Of a stretch of 64,000 bases of DNA, positions 40,807 through 50,568 are shown one piece after another (the stretch's first letter is position 1; the number at the start of each line of letters is the position of its first letter). The notes beneath the pieces are model-generated. The model had not been told where the DNA came from and did not search any database. It worked only from the letters and a program-made list of their open reading frames with translations. Both the position numbers and the translations under genes were made by a program. Location of the stretch: IMG/VR virus record IMGVR_UViG_3300027749_000062, positions 32,001 to 96,000 of that record; one strand, 5' to 3'. This DNA is from a virus.

Positions 40807-41915
40807 TATCTTAATCCTGCCTCTCCACCTTGAAATCCATCTCTCAGTCTTTTCCTATCTAAAATCTCAACTTCTTGGAAAGTTAGTGTTAGATGTGTTT
40901 GAACTGGCGCACCAGCACCTTGGCCCGATTCGTCTCCACTATGTGCAGCAAAACCATTAGGTGCATAATCGACAGATATATCATCTAATACACAATCTGT
41001 ATATTTTGGTAAATTTATATTTTCAACACCATTCTTCATAAATTTAACTTGAAAAAGAGCGGGTGGAGTTAAAAACATAGCTTCTTTCGCTGTAGCTACA
41101 CCAACACCAACTGTAGGAGCCGCAAAAAATTTGAACAAATATATAATTTTCCTAACTACTTCTGCTTCTGGACCTGACACAGGTGTAAATAAAAAATCCA
41201 AAGAAAAAGTTCTAAACTGAGAACCTCGGTAAATCATCTGTAGTTGAGGATTCGATGTGTATCCTTGTGTTTGCAGTAAGGCTTCAGTTATTCCTCCACT
41301 GCCACCCAATAATCCTACTATTTTATCAACAGAAAATTTAATAGTTGAGGGATCGTTTGATATAGAGTCTAGTACAGTTCCTGAAGAACTTGCAGCATTA
41401 CCCGCTATCGAAGCTGCAGACCTTATTCCACCTAATATTGGACCAAGGTCATCTCTTATACTAATTGAACCATAATCTGGATTATAATTATCTTTTAAAG
41501 AATCTGGCATATACAAATTAATAAATGCTTTAACTTGTGTCCTGTTGGATTGTATATCCATTGCTTCACTTGCAGATTTAAGAAAAGATTTAAGACTAGA
41601 AAAAGGTCCTTCTTCTGTGGTATTTATTTCTAAATTTGGGTTTTCTTGCAATTTAGTGGACGCATTGTTAGCTGAACTTAGGGCGGTTTTAACCTCTGTT
41701 ACTAATTTATCTAATTTTTGTGGTACAATGTCGTAGACAGTAAATGCAACATAATGAGGATAATTGACACTTCTAAGTTTAAGTGGATATTGAACAGTTT
41801 CAAAAGCATTGGGGTCTGTATCCAACACAGCCAATGGACCAATTGATCCTGTTGATAGACCATTTGTCTTGAGAGCAGTAGCTTGTTCAACGGTCAATAC
41901 TTCAATAGCCGCCAT
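40806..41915 (-). CDS. gp48: Baseplate tail tube cap
   Basis: 369 aa. I.LYMP, NP....Y....FRTF..DF.F.P...EA, CVL..I.VDYAP, L.F.E.E motifs. Confidence 0.85.
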   Translation of the reverse strand: MAAIEVLTVEQATALKTNGLSTGSIGPLAVLDTDPNAFETVQYPLKLRSVNYPHYVAFTVYDIVPQKLDKLVTEVKTALSSANNASTKLQENPNLEINTTEEGPFSSLKSFLKSASEAMDIQSNRTQVKAFINLYMPDSLKDNYNPDYGSISIRDDLGPILGGIRSAASIAGNAASSSGTVLDSISNDPSTIKFSVDKIVGLLGGSGGITEALLQTQGYTSNPQLQMIYRGSQFRTFSLDFLFTPVSGPEAEVVRKIIYLFKFFAAPTVGVGVATAKEAMFLTPPALFQVKFMKNGVENINLPKYTDCVLDDISVDYAPNGFAAHSGDESGQGAGAPVQTHLTLTFQEVEILDRKRLRDGFQGGEAGLR

Positions 41916-41943
41916 TTATTTTTCCTAAAAAGATTATACATAC

Positions 41944-41951
41944 TATTTATG
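41944..41951 (-). promoter_or_regulatory. Late promoter variant (CATAAATA) for gp48, overlapping the divergent gp4 start codon
   Basis: Motif 28 nt upstream of the gp48 ATG. Confidence 0.5.
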
Positions 41952-42383
41952 GCATACTCAGGCAAATTTATTCCCAAATATCCACAGAAATATGTGGGTG
42001 ATTACACTAATATTATTTATCGCTCTTCCTGGGAGTGTAAGGTGATGTATTGGCTAGATTCAAACCCAAATATCGTTTCATGGGCGTCAGAAGAACTTAT
42101 AATCCCTTATATATCACCCGTGGATGGCAAAAAACATAGATATTTCCCAGATTTTATAGTTAAATCTAAGACAAAAGATAATAAATTGAAGACAACCATC
42201 ATTGAAGTTAAACCAAAAAAGCAATCTGTAGAACCTGAAAAAAAGAAAAAAGTAACAAAGCAATATATCCAAGAAGTTACCACATGGGGTATCAATCAGG
42301 CTAAATGGAAAGCTGCAACAGAATATGCATTGGACCGAGGTTGGGAGTTCATGGTGATAACGGAAGACCATTTAGGTCTCTAA
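41949..42383 (+). CDS. gp4: Head completion nuclease
   Basis: MAYSGKF.P..P.KY.GD..NIIYRSSWE...W.SEE..IPY.SP.D...HRYFPDF...EVKP...N.AKW.AA. Start placed at 41949. Confidence 0.92.
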   Translation: MAYSGKFIPKYPQKYVGDYTNIIYRSSWECKVMYWLDSNPNIVSWASEELIIPYISPVDGKKHRYFPDFIVKSKTKDNKLKTTIIEVKPKKQSVEPEKKKKVTKQYIQEVTTWGINQAKWKAATEYALDRGWEFMVITEDHLGL

Positions 42384-42390
42384 CTAAATA
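42383..42390 (+). promoter_or_regulatory. Late promoter variant (ACTAAATA) before gp2
   Basis: CTAAATA 4 nt before the ATG. Confidence 0.45.
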
Positions 42391-42394
42391 GTAC

Positions 42395-43018
42395 ATGGAA
42401 TCTAAATTAACAACATTAGCAGAAGAAAAGAAACAGGCAGGCCTTAAAACCATGTCGAAGGATTCTATTGCTTGGTTAAAAGAAAAGATTGTTGAAATCA
42501 AAAGACCAGATAAAATATCTGCCGCCATTAGAGGTGAGACATTTAGAAAAGCTAATCAGTTTAAGATAGGAATGATGTATTGTTTTTTTTATGATCCAAA
42601 AACAAAAGATGATTTACCGTATTGGGATAAATTTCCAGTAGTTTTGGTATTAGAAAGGTACAATGATGGTTTTCTAGGATTGAACTTGCATTATCTACCA
42701 ATAAAATACAGAATGGCATTTCTGTCTAAACTGATGAGGTTTGCTCAGTTGACAGCAGAAGATGATATTAAGCGTATGCGTATATCCTATGAGATCCTAA
42801 ACTCAGCCAAGAGATACGCAGAGTTCAGACCAATGTTGAAAAGATACTTATTTGGTCGCCTTAGGTCAAAATTACTAATGATTCAACCAAATGAATGGGA
42901 TGTTGCATCAATGTTACCTCTACAGCAATTTAAAGGTGCTAGAACTTCCACAGTATGGAAAGATTCTATGCAACATTACAAAGACCATATGGCACACTTT
43001 AACCAGGAAGAAGAATAA
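42395..43018 (+). CDS. gp2: DNA end protector protein
   Basis: 207 aa. F.YDPK.K..LPYWD.FP.V, GFLGLNLHYLP...R motifs. Confidence 0.92.
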   Translation: MESKLTTLAEEKKQAGLKTMSKDSIAWLKEKIVEIKRPDKISAAIRGETFRKANQFKIGMMYCFFYDPKTKDDLPYWDKFPVVLVLERYNDGFLGLNLHYLPIKYRMAFLSKLMRFAQLTAEDDIKRMRISYEILNSAKRYAEFRPMLKRYLFGRLRSKLLMIQPNEWDVASMLPLQQFKGARTSTVWKDSMQHYKDHMAHFNQEEE

Positions 43019-43019
43019 A

Positions 43020-43595
43020 ATGGGTACAATAAGTCAGTTTACAGCTAAAATTGGAGAAATTGCAAGGCCTAAACTTTTTGATGTTACTATTTCTCCGCCT
43101 GGAAAATTTCTTGGCGCAGCTGGAGGACCTGGATTTTTGGAAAATAAAGGTCTCAAAGATTTAAAATCTGTTGCAACAAATTTTAATTTTAAATGTGAAT
43201 CCACAAATATACCAGGAAGAACATTTGCTACGACAGAACAAAAATTTGGATCAAATCCAACAGAAAAACATGCATATCATACAACATATAACGATATTGA
43301 TATGACTATTATTGTTACGGAATCCGGCGAAAAAAATAGAGGATTACGAGAAAAAAGATTCTTCGATGCATGGATGAATTATATTAATCCATTAGAAACA
43401 TATGATTTTATTTACAAACAAGATTATGTTGGGCAAATAACAATCAATCAGTACAATAGTTCAGGTGATGAGATTTTTGCTTGTACATTACTCGATGCTT
43501 TTCCAATTTCTGTCAATCAACTAGATTTGGATTGGTCAAGTGATGGTTATCACAAATTAAATGTAACTTTTGCCTATACTCGTTGGATAGCTTAA
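43020..43595 (+). CDS. Tail tube-like / tube initiator protein (gp19/gp54 family)
   Basis: ARP.LF.V.I, CE...IPG, FFDAWM..I, L.DAFP.SV....LDW......KL.VTFAY..W motifs. Start placed at MGTIS (43020). Confidence 0.8.
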   Translation: MGTISQFTAKIGEIARPKLFDVTISPPGKFLGAAGGPGFLENKGLKDLKSVATNFNFKCESTNIPGRTFATTEQKFGSNPTEKHAYHTTYNDIDMTIIVTESGEKNRGLREKRFFDAWMNYINPLETYDFIYKQDYVGQITINQYNSSGDEIFACTLLDAFPISVNQLDLDWSSDGYHKLNVTFAYTRWIA

Positions 43596-43629
43596 CTTAT
43601 ATAATTACTTAATGAAAAGGAAATAGACT

Positions 43630-44355
43630 ATGGCTTTACCAAAAATAGATTCACCAATCTTTGAATTGACTTTACCACTCAGCAAGAAATTAGTACGCTT
43701 CCGTCCTTTCTTAGTGAAAGAACAAAGAAATCTAATGATGGCTATGGAGGCAGATGAAAGAGAAACAATTGAAAAGAACATCAAGCAAGTTCTTCATAAT
43801 TGTACCTTGACAGAGAATATTGATATTGATAATCTACCTATTATCGATATTGAATACTACTTTATTCAACTGCGAGCCAGATCCGTTGGTGAAGTTGTAC
43901 AAAACAAATACCGTTGTGAGAACAAAGTAGAAGATAAATCTTGTGGCAACTTGATGGAAGTTAACATAAACCTATTAGACATTAAGATTACTGAATCACA
44001 AGAAAACAATTCTGAGGTTCAACTTACAGATAATATTATGATTAAATTGGGTTATCCAAAGTTTTCTGCACTTGATTCTGTGAAAGATTCAAAAAGTTCT
44101 ACAGATATAGCTTTTGAAATGATTGTGAATAGTGTTGAACATATTTTTGATGGTGAACAATTCTATTATGCAAATGAAACAAGTAAAGAAGAATTGATTG
44201 AATTTATTGAATCTTTGAATCAAGAACAATTCTCCAGAATCGAAGATTTCTTTGATAATCTTCCTGTATTGAATAAGCGAATTGAAATGGATTGTAAGAA
44301 GTGTGGTTTTCATCATACTATTGAGGTGGAGGGCCTCGAAAATTTTTTCGGGTAG
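43630..44355 (+). CDS. gp26: Baseplate hub subunit
   Basis: 241 aa. MALPKI..P, FRPFLVKE, DIEY.F.QLRARSVGE, C..CG......EGL..FF motifs. Confidence 0.92.
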   Translation: MALPKIDSPIFELTLPLSKKLVRFRPFLVKEQRNLMMAMEADERETIEKNIKQVLHNCTLTENIDIDNLPIIDIEYYFIQLRARSVGEVVQNKYRCENKVEDKSCGNLMEVNINLLDIKITESQENNSEVQLTDNIMIKLGYPKFSALDSVKDSKSSTDIAFEMIVNSVEHIFDGEQFYYANETSKEELIEFIESLNQEQFSRIEDFFDNLPVLNKRIEMDCKKCGFHHTIEVEGLENFFG

Positions 44356-44543
44356 TGATGCGGCATGATACTTTGAGAAATTACTATACAACTAATTTCG
44401 CATTGATGCAGCATCACAAATATAGCCTGACTGAATTAGAAACCATGTTACCTTGGGAAAGAGATGTTTATATTAGTTTGCTTACACAACATATTCAAGA
44501 AGAAAATGAAAAGATAAAACAACAAAACGCAACTAAGAGATAA
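44355..44543 (+). CDS. gp51: Baseplate hub assembly catalyst
   Basis: 62 aa. NYY.TNFALMQHHKYSL.ELE.M.PWER.VY..LL. Confidence 0.9.
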   Translation: MMRHDTLRNYYTTNFALMQHHKYSLTELETMLPWERDVYISLLTQHIQEENEKIKQQNATKR

Positions 44544-44545
44544 AA

Positions 44546-47026
44546 ATGGAACAAAAAGTTTTCGACAGTATGCTCAAGTCCGGTGAATTTGAGCAAATGT
44601 TTAATGAAAATAAAATCAACGAATTGTTGAGTGTTGGAAACTTGTCTAAAAAACAAATAGACAAATTGGTCGAGCTTGGTAAAAAATTATCTAAGAGTGA
44701 GTTAAAGAAAAGGCAATTAGAATTATCTAAACAGCCTGGATATAAAGAACATATATTGGTTCCGTTAATTCAAAAAATTCTTGCTGAACAAGGTCGTTCC
44801 CGTGATCCTGAGACTGGTCGATATGTAAGAAAGGCGGAACAACCACCTGAAGAACAGAAACAAGAGGAAGAAGATCCTGAAGATTCAGGAGATGAACAAG
44901 ACACAGCAGAAGAACCTGAAGATAATAAAGAAACGAAAACAGGTGGATTGGGTAATAGATTCAAGAAAATAGCCAAAAAGTTTATTCCTCAGAAAATGAA
45001 GAATATGTTTTTAGGACCCAAATCAAATACATCACAAACAATAAATTCAAAAGTCAACACAGAATTATATACTAAAGTTGGTTCTTCTAAAAGACCTAAA
45101 CTGCGTAAAGGTGACGGTGCAGGTACTGTAGGTGCTAAAATTTACTCCATTTTAAGAAATGATATAGAAGAAAAGAAATTAACCAAAGAGTTAAAAAACA
45201 ATTTTCGTGAGAGTAAAGTGGATAATGAAAAGAGAAGACATGATGAGATAATGGAAGCTTTAGGTCACAGTAGTGGAGGTAAAACTGAGAAAACTGGTAA
45301 AAGTGATGAAGAAGTCGCTTCTAGTGGTGCCGGAGAATTGATAACTATGTTAGGTTTAGGTGCAGCTGCGGCTGGCGCCATTGGTGCAGTTGGTGTGGCA
45401 TCAATGAAAACAAGTTCATCACCAGCATCATCAGCTGCAGCTGCACAAATATCTACAAAAAAAAGACAATATTCAGAAGATTTACAATCACCTCCAGTTC
45501 CTTTAGGAGGTGATAAAACATCAACAGCGTCAACGTCTCCTTCAGCGGCCGGGCCAGAAGAAATAATTGGCCAACACAATCGTCTATCTAAAAATGTAGA
45601 ATCAACAACACCAGCAGAACCAGCACCAGCGGAACCAGCACCAGCGGAACAAGCACCAGCGGAACAAGCACCAGCAGAACAAGCACCAGCAGAACAAGCA
45701 CCAGCAGAACAAGCACCAGCAGTATCAGCAACCCAATCTTCGGTGTCCAAAACATTTGTGGGACCTGGATTTAGTACTTCTGAAGGCACTCGATGGTCAT
45801 ATGTACTAGCTGGCGCGGATCCCTCTACATACACATTTTCCGCAAATACTGGCCAAAAGAAAAGCGACCTTGATTGGGGACCTAATTCAATTGGAAAAAA
45901 TGGTGCAGCTGCAACGGCCATGGCCAAAGAAAAAAATAATGCAAGTAAATTGCCTGATTTGGTGGCCGTATTTGATATGCAATCCAAAAATCAAAAATTG
46001 GTTTCTCAAGCAGATATAGAAAGAGAGAAAGGCCGATACATTCGAATAAAACCTGCAGCTGCAGCATCGGCAAAATCTAATGTTGCAACTGCACCAACAA
46101 CGGCCGCAGCTGTTGTAGGTACGGCCGCTGCTGCAAAACCTGTGCCCGTTGCTAACGCTACAGCTACACCATTACCAGCTGAAGCTGCAGCTGAAGCTGC
46201 TGCAGCTGTTCCTGCAAAAGATACTTCGAGTGAAATGATTATAGAAAATCAAGCTTCCACAACTGCAGCCAAAAAACCTACAGCAAAAAAAGAACCAAAA
46301 GCAAAACCTAAAACGCGACAACATTATACAGGAGATATGTTTGCTAAAGATATAAACGGTCATTTTGTTAATATGACAGAAGAAGTATATGGATTATATA
46401 AAGAATATTTTGATAAAACCGGAAAAGAAATTCCATTTACCAGTAATATTCGCACTGAAGCGGAGCAACAAGACGAGCGCAACAAAGGTAGATACAATGA
46501 TAAAAAAGGCCGCTGGGAAACTTCAGCAGGTCGCCCTATCGCTGATTATAGTGAACACTTTATGGGTGCTGCTATTGATGTAAGTACCAAGTTAACTCCG
46601 GATATGAGGAAATTTCTTAAAGAAAATGGATGGTATCAACCACTTCCCGTAGATGATGATGTGCATTGGGTAAAGAATCCAAATTTCAAGCCTGAGGAAA
46701 AAAAACCAGTTTTGGTAACACCAGCATTACCAGCATTACCAGCATCAGCACCAAAAAAGATTAGTTATAACACTTTAGACATAACACCAACCTTATTAGC
46801 ATCAAATGATTCTGATAATTCTAGCACTCTAAGTTCAAATGATGTTATGACTGGTTTACGATTAAATCAAATTTCTTCCTTAAATATGGATCAGAAAAAA
46901 AGAAATACGATGCAACCTATCGTTCTTGTAAATAACACTACAACTATAATAGGTTCAACTAAAAAAGAAACCACTTCAATACCAACAGATCCTGATTACA
47001 ATGCATATTCTCCCTATGCAGCATAA
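44546..47026 (+). CDS. Tape-measure/hub-like protein with C-terminal M15-type (LAS) peptidoglycan peptidase
   Basis: 826 aa at the gp29 position. TS.IRT..EQ...SEH..G.AIDV...GW......D.VHW is a Zn peptidase M15 motif set. Confidence 0.65.
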   Translation: MEQKVFDSMLKSGEFEQMFNENKINELLSVGNLSKKQIDKLVELGKKLSKSELKKRQLELSKQPGYKEHILVPLIQKILAEQGRSRDPETGRYVRKAEQPPEEQKQEEEDPEDSGDEQDTAEEPEDNKETKTGGLGNRFKKIAKKFIPQKMKNMFLGPKSNTSQTINSKVNTELYTKVGSSKRPKLRKGDGAGTVGAKIYSILRNDIEEKKLTKELKNNFRESKVDNEKRRHDEIMEALGHSSGGKTEKTGKSDEEVASSGAGELITMLGLGAAAAGAIGAVGVASMKTSSSPASSAAAAQISTKKRQYSEDLQSPPVPLGGDKTSTASTSPSAAGPEEIIGQHNRLSKNVESTTPAEPAPAEPAPAEQAPAEQAPAEQAPAEQAPAEQAPAVSATQSSVSKTFVGPGFSTSEGTRWSYVLAGADPSTYTFSANTGQKKSDLDWGPNSIGKNGAAATAMAKEKNNASKLPDLVAVFDMQSKNQKLVSQADIEREKGRYIRIKPAAAASAKSNVATAPTTAAAVVGTAAAAKPVPVANATATPLPAEAAAEAAAAVPAKDTSSEMIIENQASTTAAKKPTAKKEPKAKPKTRQHYTGDMFAKDINGHFVNMTEEVYGLYKEYFDKTGKEIPFTSNIRTEAEQQDERNKGRYNDKKGRWETSAGRPIADYSEHFMGAAIDVSTKLTPDMRKFLKENGWYQPLPVDDDVHWVKNPNFKPEEKKPVLVTPALPALPASAPKKISYNTLDITPTLLASNDSDNSSTLSSNDVMTGLRLNQISSLNMDQKKRNTMQPIVLVNNTTTIIGSTKKETTSIPTDPDYNAYSPYAA
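45611..45722 (+). repeat. 15-bp coding VNTR (CCAGCRGAACMAGCA x about 7.5; PAEPA/PAEQA)
   Basis: Tandem copies read directly from the sequence. Confidence 0.95.
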
Positions 47027-47041
47027 CAAAAGAGAATAAAA

Positions 47042-49045
47042 ATGGACTACAGTAAAGCAAAAAAAATAAGAAGCCAGAGCCTCAAAGATTTAATCATAGA
47101 CAGAACCTTAAATGGGGAGGGCTTTGGTAAATCTATTTCCAGTTCCATAAAAGATAAAACTAAAGCTAAACTAACAGGCCTCAAAGAGAAATTTGATCCA
47201 ATGAATATCTCCCGTGCAGTTGGAGGAAGATTAGGTGCATATGCATATGGTAAACTTGCAGGTAGAAGTGATAAAGATATGGCTTACTTTGCAGGTGTAA
47301 AAAACAAAAAATCATCAGCTGACGCATCAGCTCTTACACCAGTTAAGAATGATCCTCTAGTTTCAAAAGTATCCGACGGTGAAAATAGACCAATCAGAAA
47401 AGGTGAAGGTCTTTCCACTATTATGGCTCGTATTTTCAATTTGTTAAAAAGACAAATTTTAGAAGAAAAGAAAGAGAGAGAAATTGCTGCGGATTTTGAA
47501 GAAGAACAGGAAGATGAGAGAGAATTAAGACATAAAGAATTACTTGATGCTCTAAAAAATTTAGGTGGTGGAACTGCAACTGCTGAAAAAAAAGGTAAAG
47601 GTTTTCTTGAAAGGATGATTGAAATAGTCAAAAAAATATTGGCCGCAGTATTTTTAAAACTTAAACCATTACTGACTGTTTTGAAATCAATAATAAAAGC
47701 AATTGCTTTAAATAAAGATTTATCAACCTTACGAAGTATTGCATCATTAGCTATGGCGTTTCCGGGTGTTGCCTTGGTCGCAGGTGGGGCTGCTGCTGCA
47801 GTTGTAATATCCAGAGATGTTGAACAACGCCAAGAAGCTATGAGAGCTGATCCTTATAATCCTAAATTTAAAGATGAACCTTATGCAATGATTCAAAGGG
47901 GTGAAGCTTCCAACAACAGTGAAGCTGGAGCATTAAACGCACAAAAAATAGGAAAACAAAAACCTAGAGATATAGTCGAATCAATAATGACCAATCCTGA
48001 TTTTACTGATGTGGTAAAAAAGCAAGAGTTATCTGTTCAAAATTTACAACAAGTAACGGACTGGTTAGCAAAAACTCAAGGTAATCAGAGAGCTAAATTT
48101 CAAGGTGAAGTTACAAATAAAGCTGGAAAATTAGTTACTCTTTCAGGTGGTACAGATGAAAATTTAGTTGTTCCGGCCACTAATCCAAAAAGTGCAAAAT
48201 ATGTTGCTCCAGCGCAGGCGGCACCACAAGTTATTGATGTAAAAGGTGCTGGTGAAAATATTATACCTGCAGATAATGTTGGACTAGACGGCCGACCATT
48301 AACTCCAGCTCCAGCACCAGCAGCTGCTCCAGCACCAGCAGCTGCTCCAGCACCAGCAGCTGCTCCAGCGCCAGCAGTTGCTCCAGCGCCAGCAGTTGCT
48401 CCAGCGCCAGCAGTTGCTCCAGCGCCAGCAGCACCAGCAGTGCAAGCGGCCGATGTAAAATCAGCAGTAAAAGTAGAAGAATCAGCACCAAAACCGGAAG
48501 CTGCAACTGCTGTACCTGCTAGTAAACCTTACAGAGAAATTGCAAAAAATATAAGAGTAGATTCTACAATATCCGATGAAACAATTTCTAACATGAAAGA
48601 ATCACCTGGAAATTTCAATTTTCTTGATTCGGATGAAATGTGGACAAGAAATAAAAACGGAAATCTCGGTATTATAAAAATTCCAAAACAAGATATAATA
48701 AAAAGTAGCAATTTTTCTAAAGAAGAAATGGAAAGGCAAACAAAAGAAACAAAAGAAAGAATAATAGATGGTGCAAAAAATATGAAGTTGGATTCTGATA
48801 AAAAATCTTCACTAGAAACAAGTGACAACATGTTTGCTCAAATGTTTCAAAGAGCTCAAAAAGTTTATGAAGATTTAATGTTAGCTAGTGATAGTACAAA
48901 ATTTAAACCTACTATAATAGATGCAAGTAAGAGTGTTGCAACTTCTGGTGGCGGTAATTCTGGCACCATTTTTTCAGCTCCTGTTCGTACAGATGATGAT
49001 ACTCTAAAACTTATACTGAAAAAAAATACTCACTCATTTGCATAA
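47042..49045 (+). CDS. Second tape-measure/hub-like protein, paralogue of 44546-47026
   Basis: 667 aa. Shares KV....RP.RKG.G...A.I...L...I.E.K...E....F.E......E.RH.E...AL with the upstream gene. Confidence 0.6.
   Translation: MDYSKAKKIRSQSLKDLIIDRTLNGEGFGKSISSSIKDKTKAKLTGLKEKFDPMNISRAVGGRLGAYAYGKLAGRSDKDMAYFAGVKNKKSSADASALTPVKNDPLVSKVSDGENRPIRKGEGLSTIMARIFNLLKRQILEEKKEREIAADFEEEQEDERELRHKELLDALKNLGGGTATAEKKGKGFLERMIEIVKKILAAVFLKLKPLLTVLKSIIKAIALNKDLSTLRSIASLAMAFPGVALVAGGAAAAVVISRDVEQRQEAMRADPYNPKFKDEPYAMIQRGEASNNSEAGALNAQKIGKQKPRDIVESIMTNPDFTDVVKKQELSVQNLQQVTDWLAKTQGNQRAKFQGEVTNKAGKLVTLSGGTDENLVVPATNPKSAKYVAPAQAAPQVIDVKGAGENIIPADNVGLDGRPLTPAPAPAAAPAPAAAPAPAAAPAPAVAPAPAVAPAPAVAPAPAAPAVQAADVKSAVKVEESAPKPEAATAVPASKPYREIAKNIRVDSTISDETISNMKESPGNFNFLDSDEMWTRNKNGNLGIIKIPKQDIIKSSNFSKEEMERQTKETKERIIDGAKNMKLDSDKKSSLETSDNMFAQMFQRAQKVYEDLMLASDSTKFKPTIIDASKSVATSGGGNSGTIFSAPVRTDDDTLKLILKKNTHSFA
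48308..48430 (+). repeat. 18-bp coding VNTR (GCTCCAGCRCCAGCAGYT x about 6.8; APAPAA/APAPAV)
   Basis: Tandem copies read directly from the sequence. Confidence 0.95.
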
Positions 49046-49046
49046 T

Positions 49047-49070
49047 AAAAAACCCCGCACTAGGCGGGGT
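49047..49070 (-). terminator. Rho-independent terminator after gp32, between convergent genes
   Basis: Minus strand ACCCCGC-CTAGT-GCGGGGT followed by TTTTT. Confidence 0.85.
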
Positions 49071-49095
49071 ATCAAGTTCCATGAAAGATAGAAGT

Positions 49096-49983
49096 TTAGT
49101 CTTCTTCAGCCAACTTTGAGAAGTAAGCCATATCGTCATCATCACCAGATAATGACAATTCAGGTTCAGCAGCCTTAGGTTTAAATGCCTCAGGTGTTGC
49201 CTTCATTTGTTCAACAGTAGTCTTAGGTTTAATAGTCTCACCCAAACCAAGAACACGAGTCAAACGAGTCAATAGTTCTTCATATGTCTTGAATTCTTTA
49301 TCGGCAGTCATCTCTTTCAAAGAGTGTTCTGATTTCCAGATTTTTTCAAGCTTTGCATCATCCGTAGACAATGGTGCAGGAGATTCAAATTCAGACTTGT
49401 CATAGTTTTGGTATCCCTCAACTTTACGAATCTTCAACTTGAAGTTAGCACCAGCCCACAGGTCGAACGGATTGATTGCCTTTTCATCAGCAAACTGTGG
49501 GTTCATTGCTTCAGTAATCTTATCAAAGATTTTTTTACCAAAACGGAACAATTTGATTTGTCCTTCGTTCTCAGGATGTTTTGGATCCGAAACGATATAA
49601 ACATTTGCAATGTAGTTCAGTTTACGTTTCTGTTTGCGTACAATCTCTTTATTGGCTTCGATACCAGAATTCCACAATGAAGAATTGTGTTCACACACAG
49701 GACATTGTTGGTTCTTGGTTGTCAAGCAGTTGTCAATAAGCCAACCACCAGGACCTTGAAATCCGTGTGAGAATAGTTTGACCCACGGAAGTGCGTCATC
49801 ACCATCTACAGCCGGAGCTGGAAGAAAACGGAGAACAGCCATGCCGTTGCCGGCTTTGTCTACTTCAGGTTTCCAATAATTGTCTTTGTTGTCAGAACCC
49901 TCTGAGGTGTTTAAAGCTTCGATAGCTTTAGAGAGTTTGTCAAGATTGCCCGAAGAGCGTTTAAGATTTGCGAAATCTACCAT
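49096..49983 (-). CDS. gp32: Single-stranded DNA-binding protein
   Basis: 295 aa. WKPEVDKAGNG.AV.RFLPAP, HGFQGPGGW.I.NCLTT...CPVCE, NPFDLW.GANFKLKIR motifs; acidic tail. Confidence 0.97.
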   Translation of the reverse strand: MVDFANLKRSSGNLDKLSKAIEALNTSEGSDNKDNYWKPEVDKAGNGMAVLRFLPAPAVDGDDALPWVKLFSHGFQGPGGWLIDNCLTTKNQQCPVCEHNSSLWNSGIEANKEIVRKQKRKLNYIANVYIVSDPKHPENEGQIKLFRFGKKIFDKITEAMNPQFADEKAINPFDLWAGANFKLKIRKVEGYQNYDKSEFESPAPLSTDDAKLEKIWKSEHSLKEMTADKEFKTYEELLTRLTRVLGLGETIKPKTTVEQMKATPEAFKPKAAEPELSLSGDDDDMAYFSKLAEED

Positions 49984-50052
49984 GATTTTTCCTTTATATA
50001 ACGGAGTGTAAAAAATAAAAACGGATTATCCACTTTATGCATAATAAAACTT

Positions 50053-50081
50053 ACTATAACACAGGCCGAAGCCTGTGTCAA
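50053..50081 (-). promoter_or_regulatory. Sigma70-type promoter for gp32; its spacer is a C(UUCG)G hairpin
   Basis: TTGACA-caggcttcggcctgtgt (17 nt)-TATAGT. ACACAGGC-TTCG-GCCTGTGT is a perfect hairpin. Confidence 0.8.
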
Positions 50082-50102
50082 TACTTATAACGGTATATTT
50101 GA

Positions 50103-50531
50103 TTACATATTTCTTTTGATATTGGTTTTTAAACCTTGAATGGAGGTTTTATTTGCCATACCAGATTTTGTAACAGCTGCTGGTTTTCTGTTTGCTAGTT
50201 TGTCGTAACCTTGTGTGTGGTTGTCTCTTGGGAAATGCATCTTACCTGCGCCAGATTCTAAATCTTTTGCAAATTTATCTCCGTGGACTTTTTTAGCACG
50301 AGCAACAACTTTATCGGAATCTCCTGAGCCTTCAGGATCAGTAGCGTTTCTCATTGCACTAACATATGCGGCTTTAGGAAGTGCTTCTACAACTTGGCGA
50401 ATTTCTTCGTAAACAGCAATAAGTTGCTGAATATTATCTTCGTCATACTGATAGGATTCAGTAACCAATTGTTCCCAATCTTCCTTGATAAGACCAGCGC
50501 GTTCTAACCAGATTTGATGTTGTATAGACAT
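50103..50531 (-). CDS. Late protein, candidate internal head protein
   Basis: Start MSIQHQ (50531) with RBS GGGG. Preceded by TATAAATA; acidic N-terminus and basic C-terminus. Confidence 0.55.
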   Translation of the reverse strand: MSIQHQIWLERAGLIKEDWEQLVTESYQYDEDNIQQLIAVYEEIRQVVEALPKAAYVSAMRNATDPEGSGDSDKVVARAKKVHGDKFAKDLESGAGKMHFPRDNHTQGYDKLANRKPAAVTKSGMANKTSIQGLKTNIKRNM

Positions 50532-50568
50532 TTTTTCCCCTTTATTAAGTAATTTGACCAACTCGGTA

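Noticed and set aside
41949-42383. TnsA-like transposase
   Set aside because: The fold is shared, but sequence and position between gp48 and gp2 identify it as head completion protein gp4.
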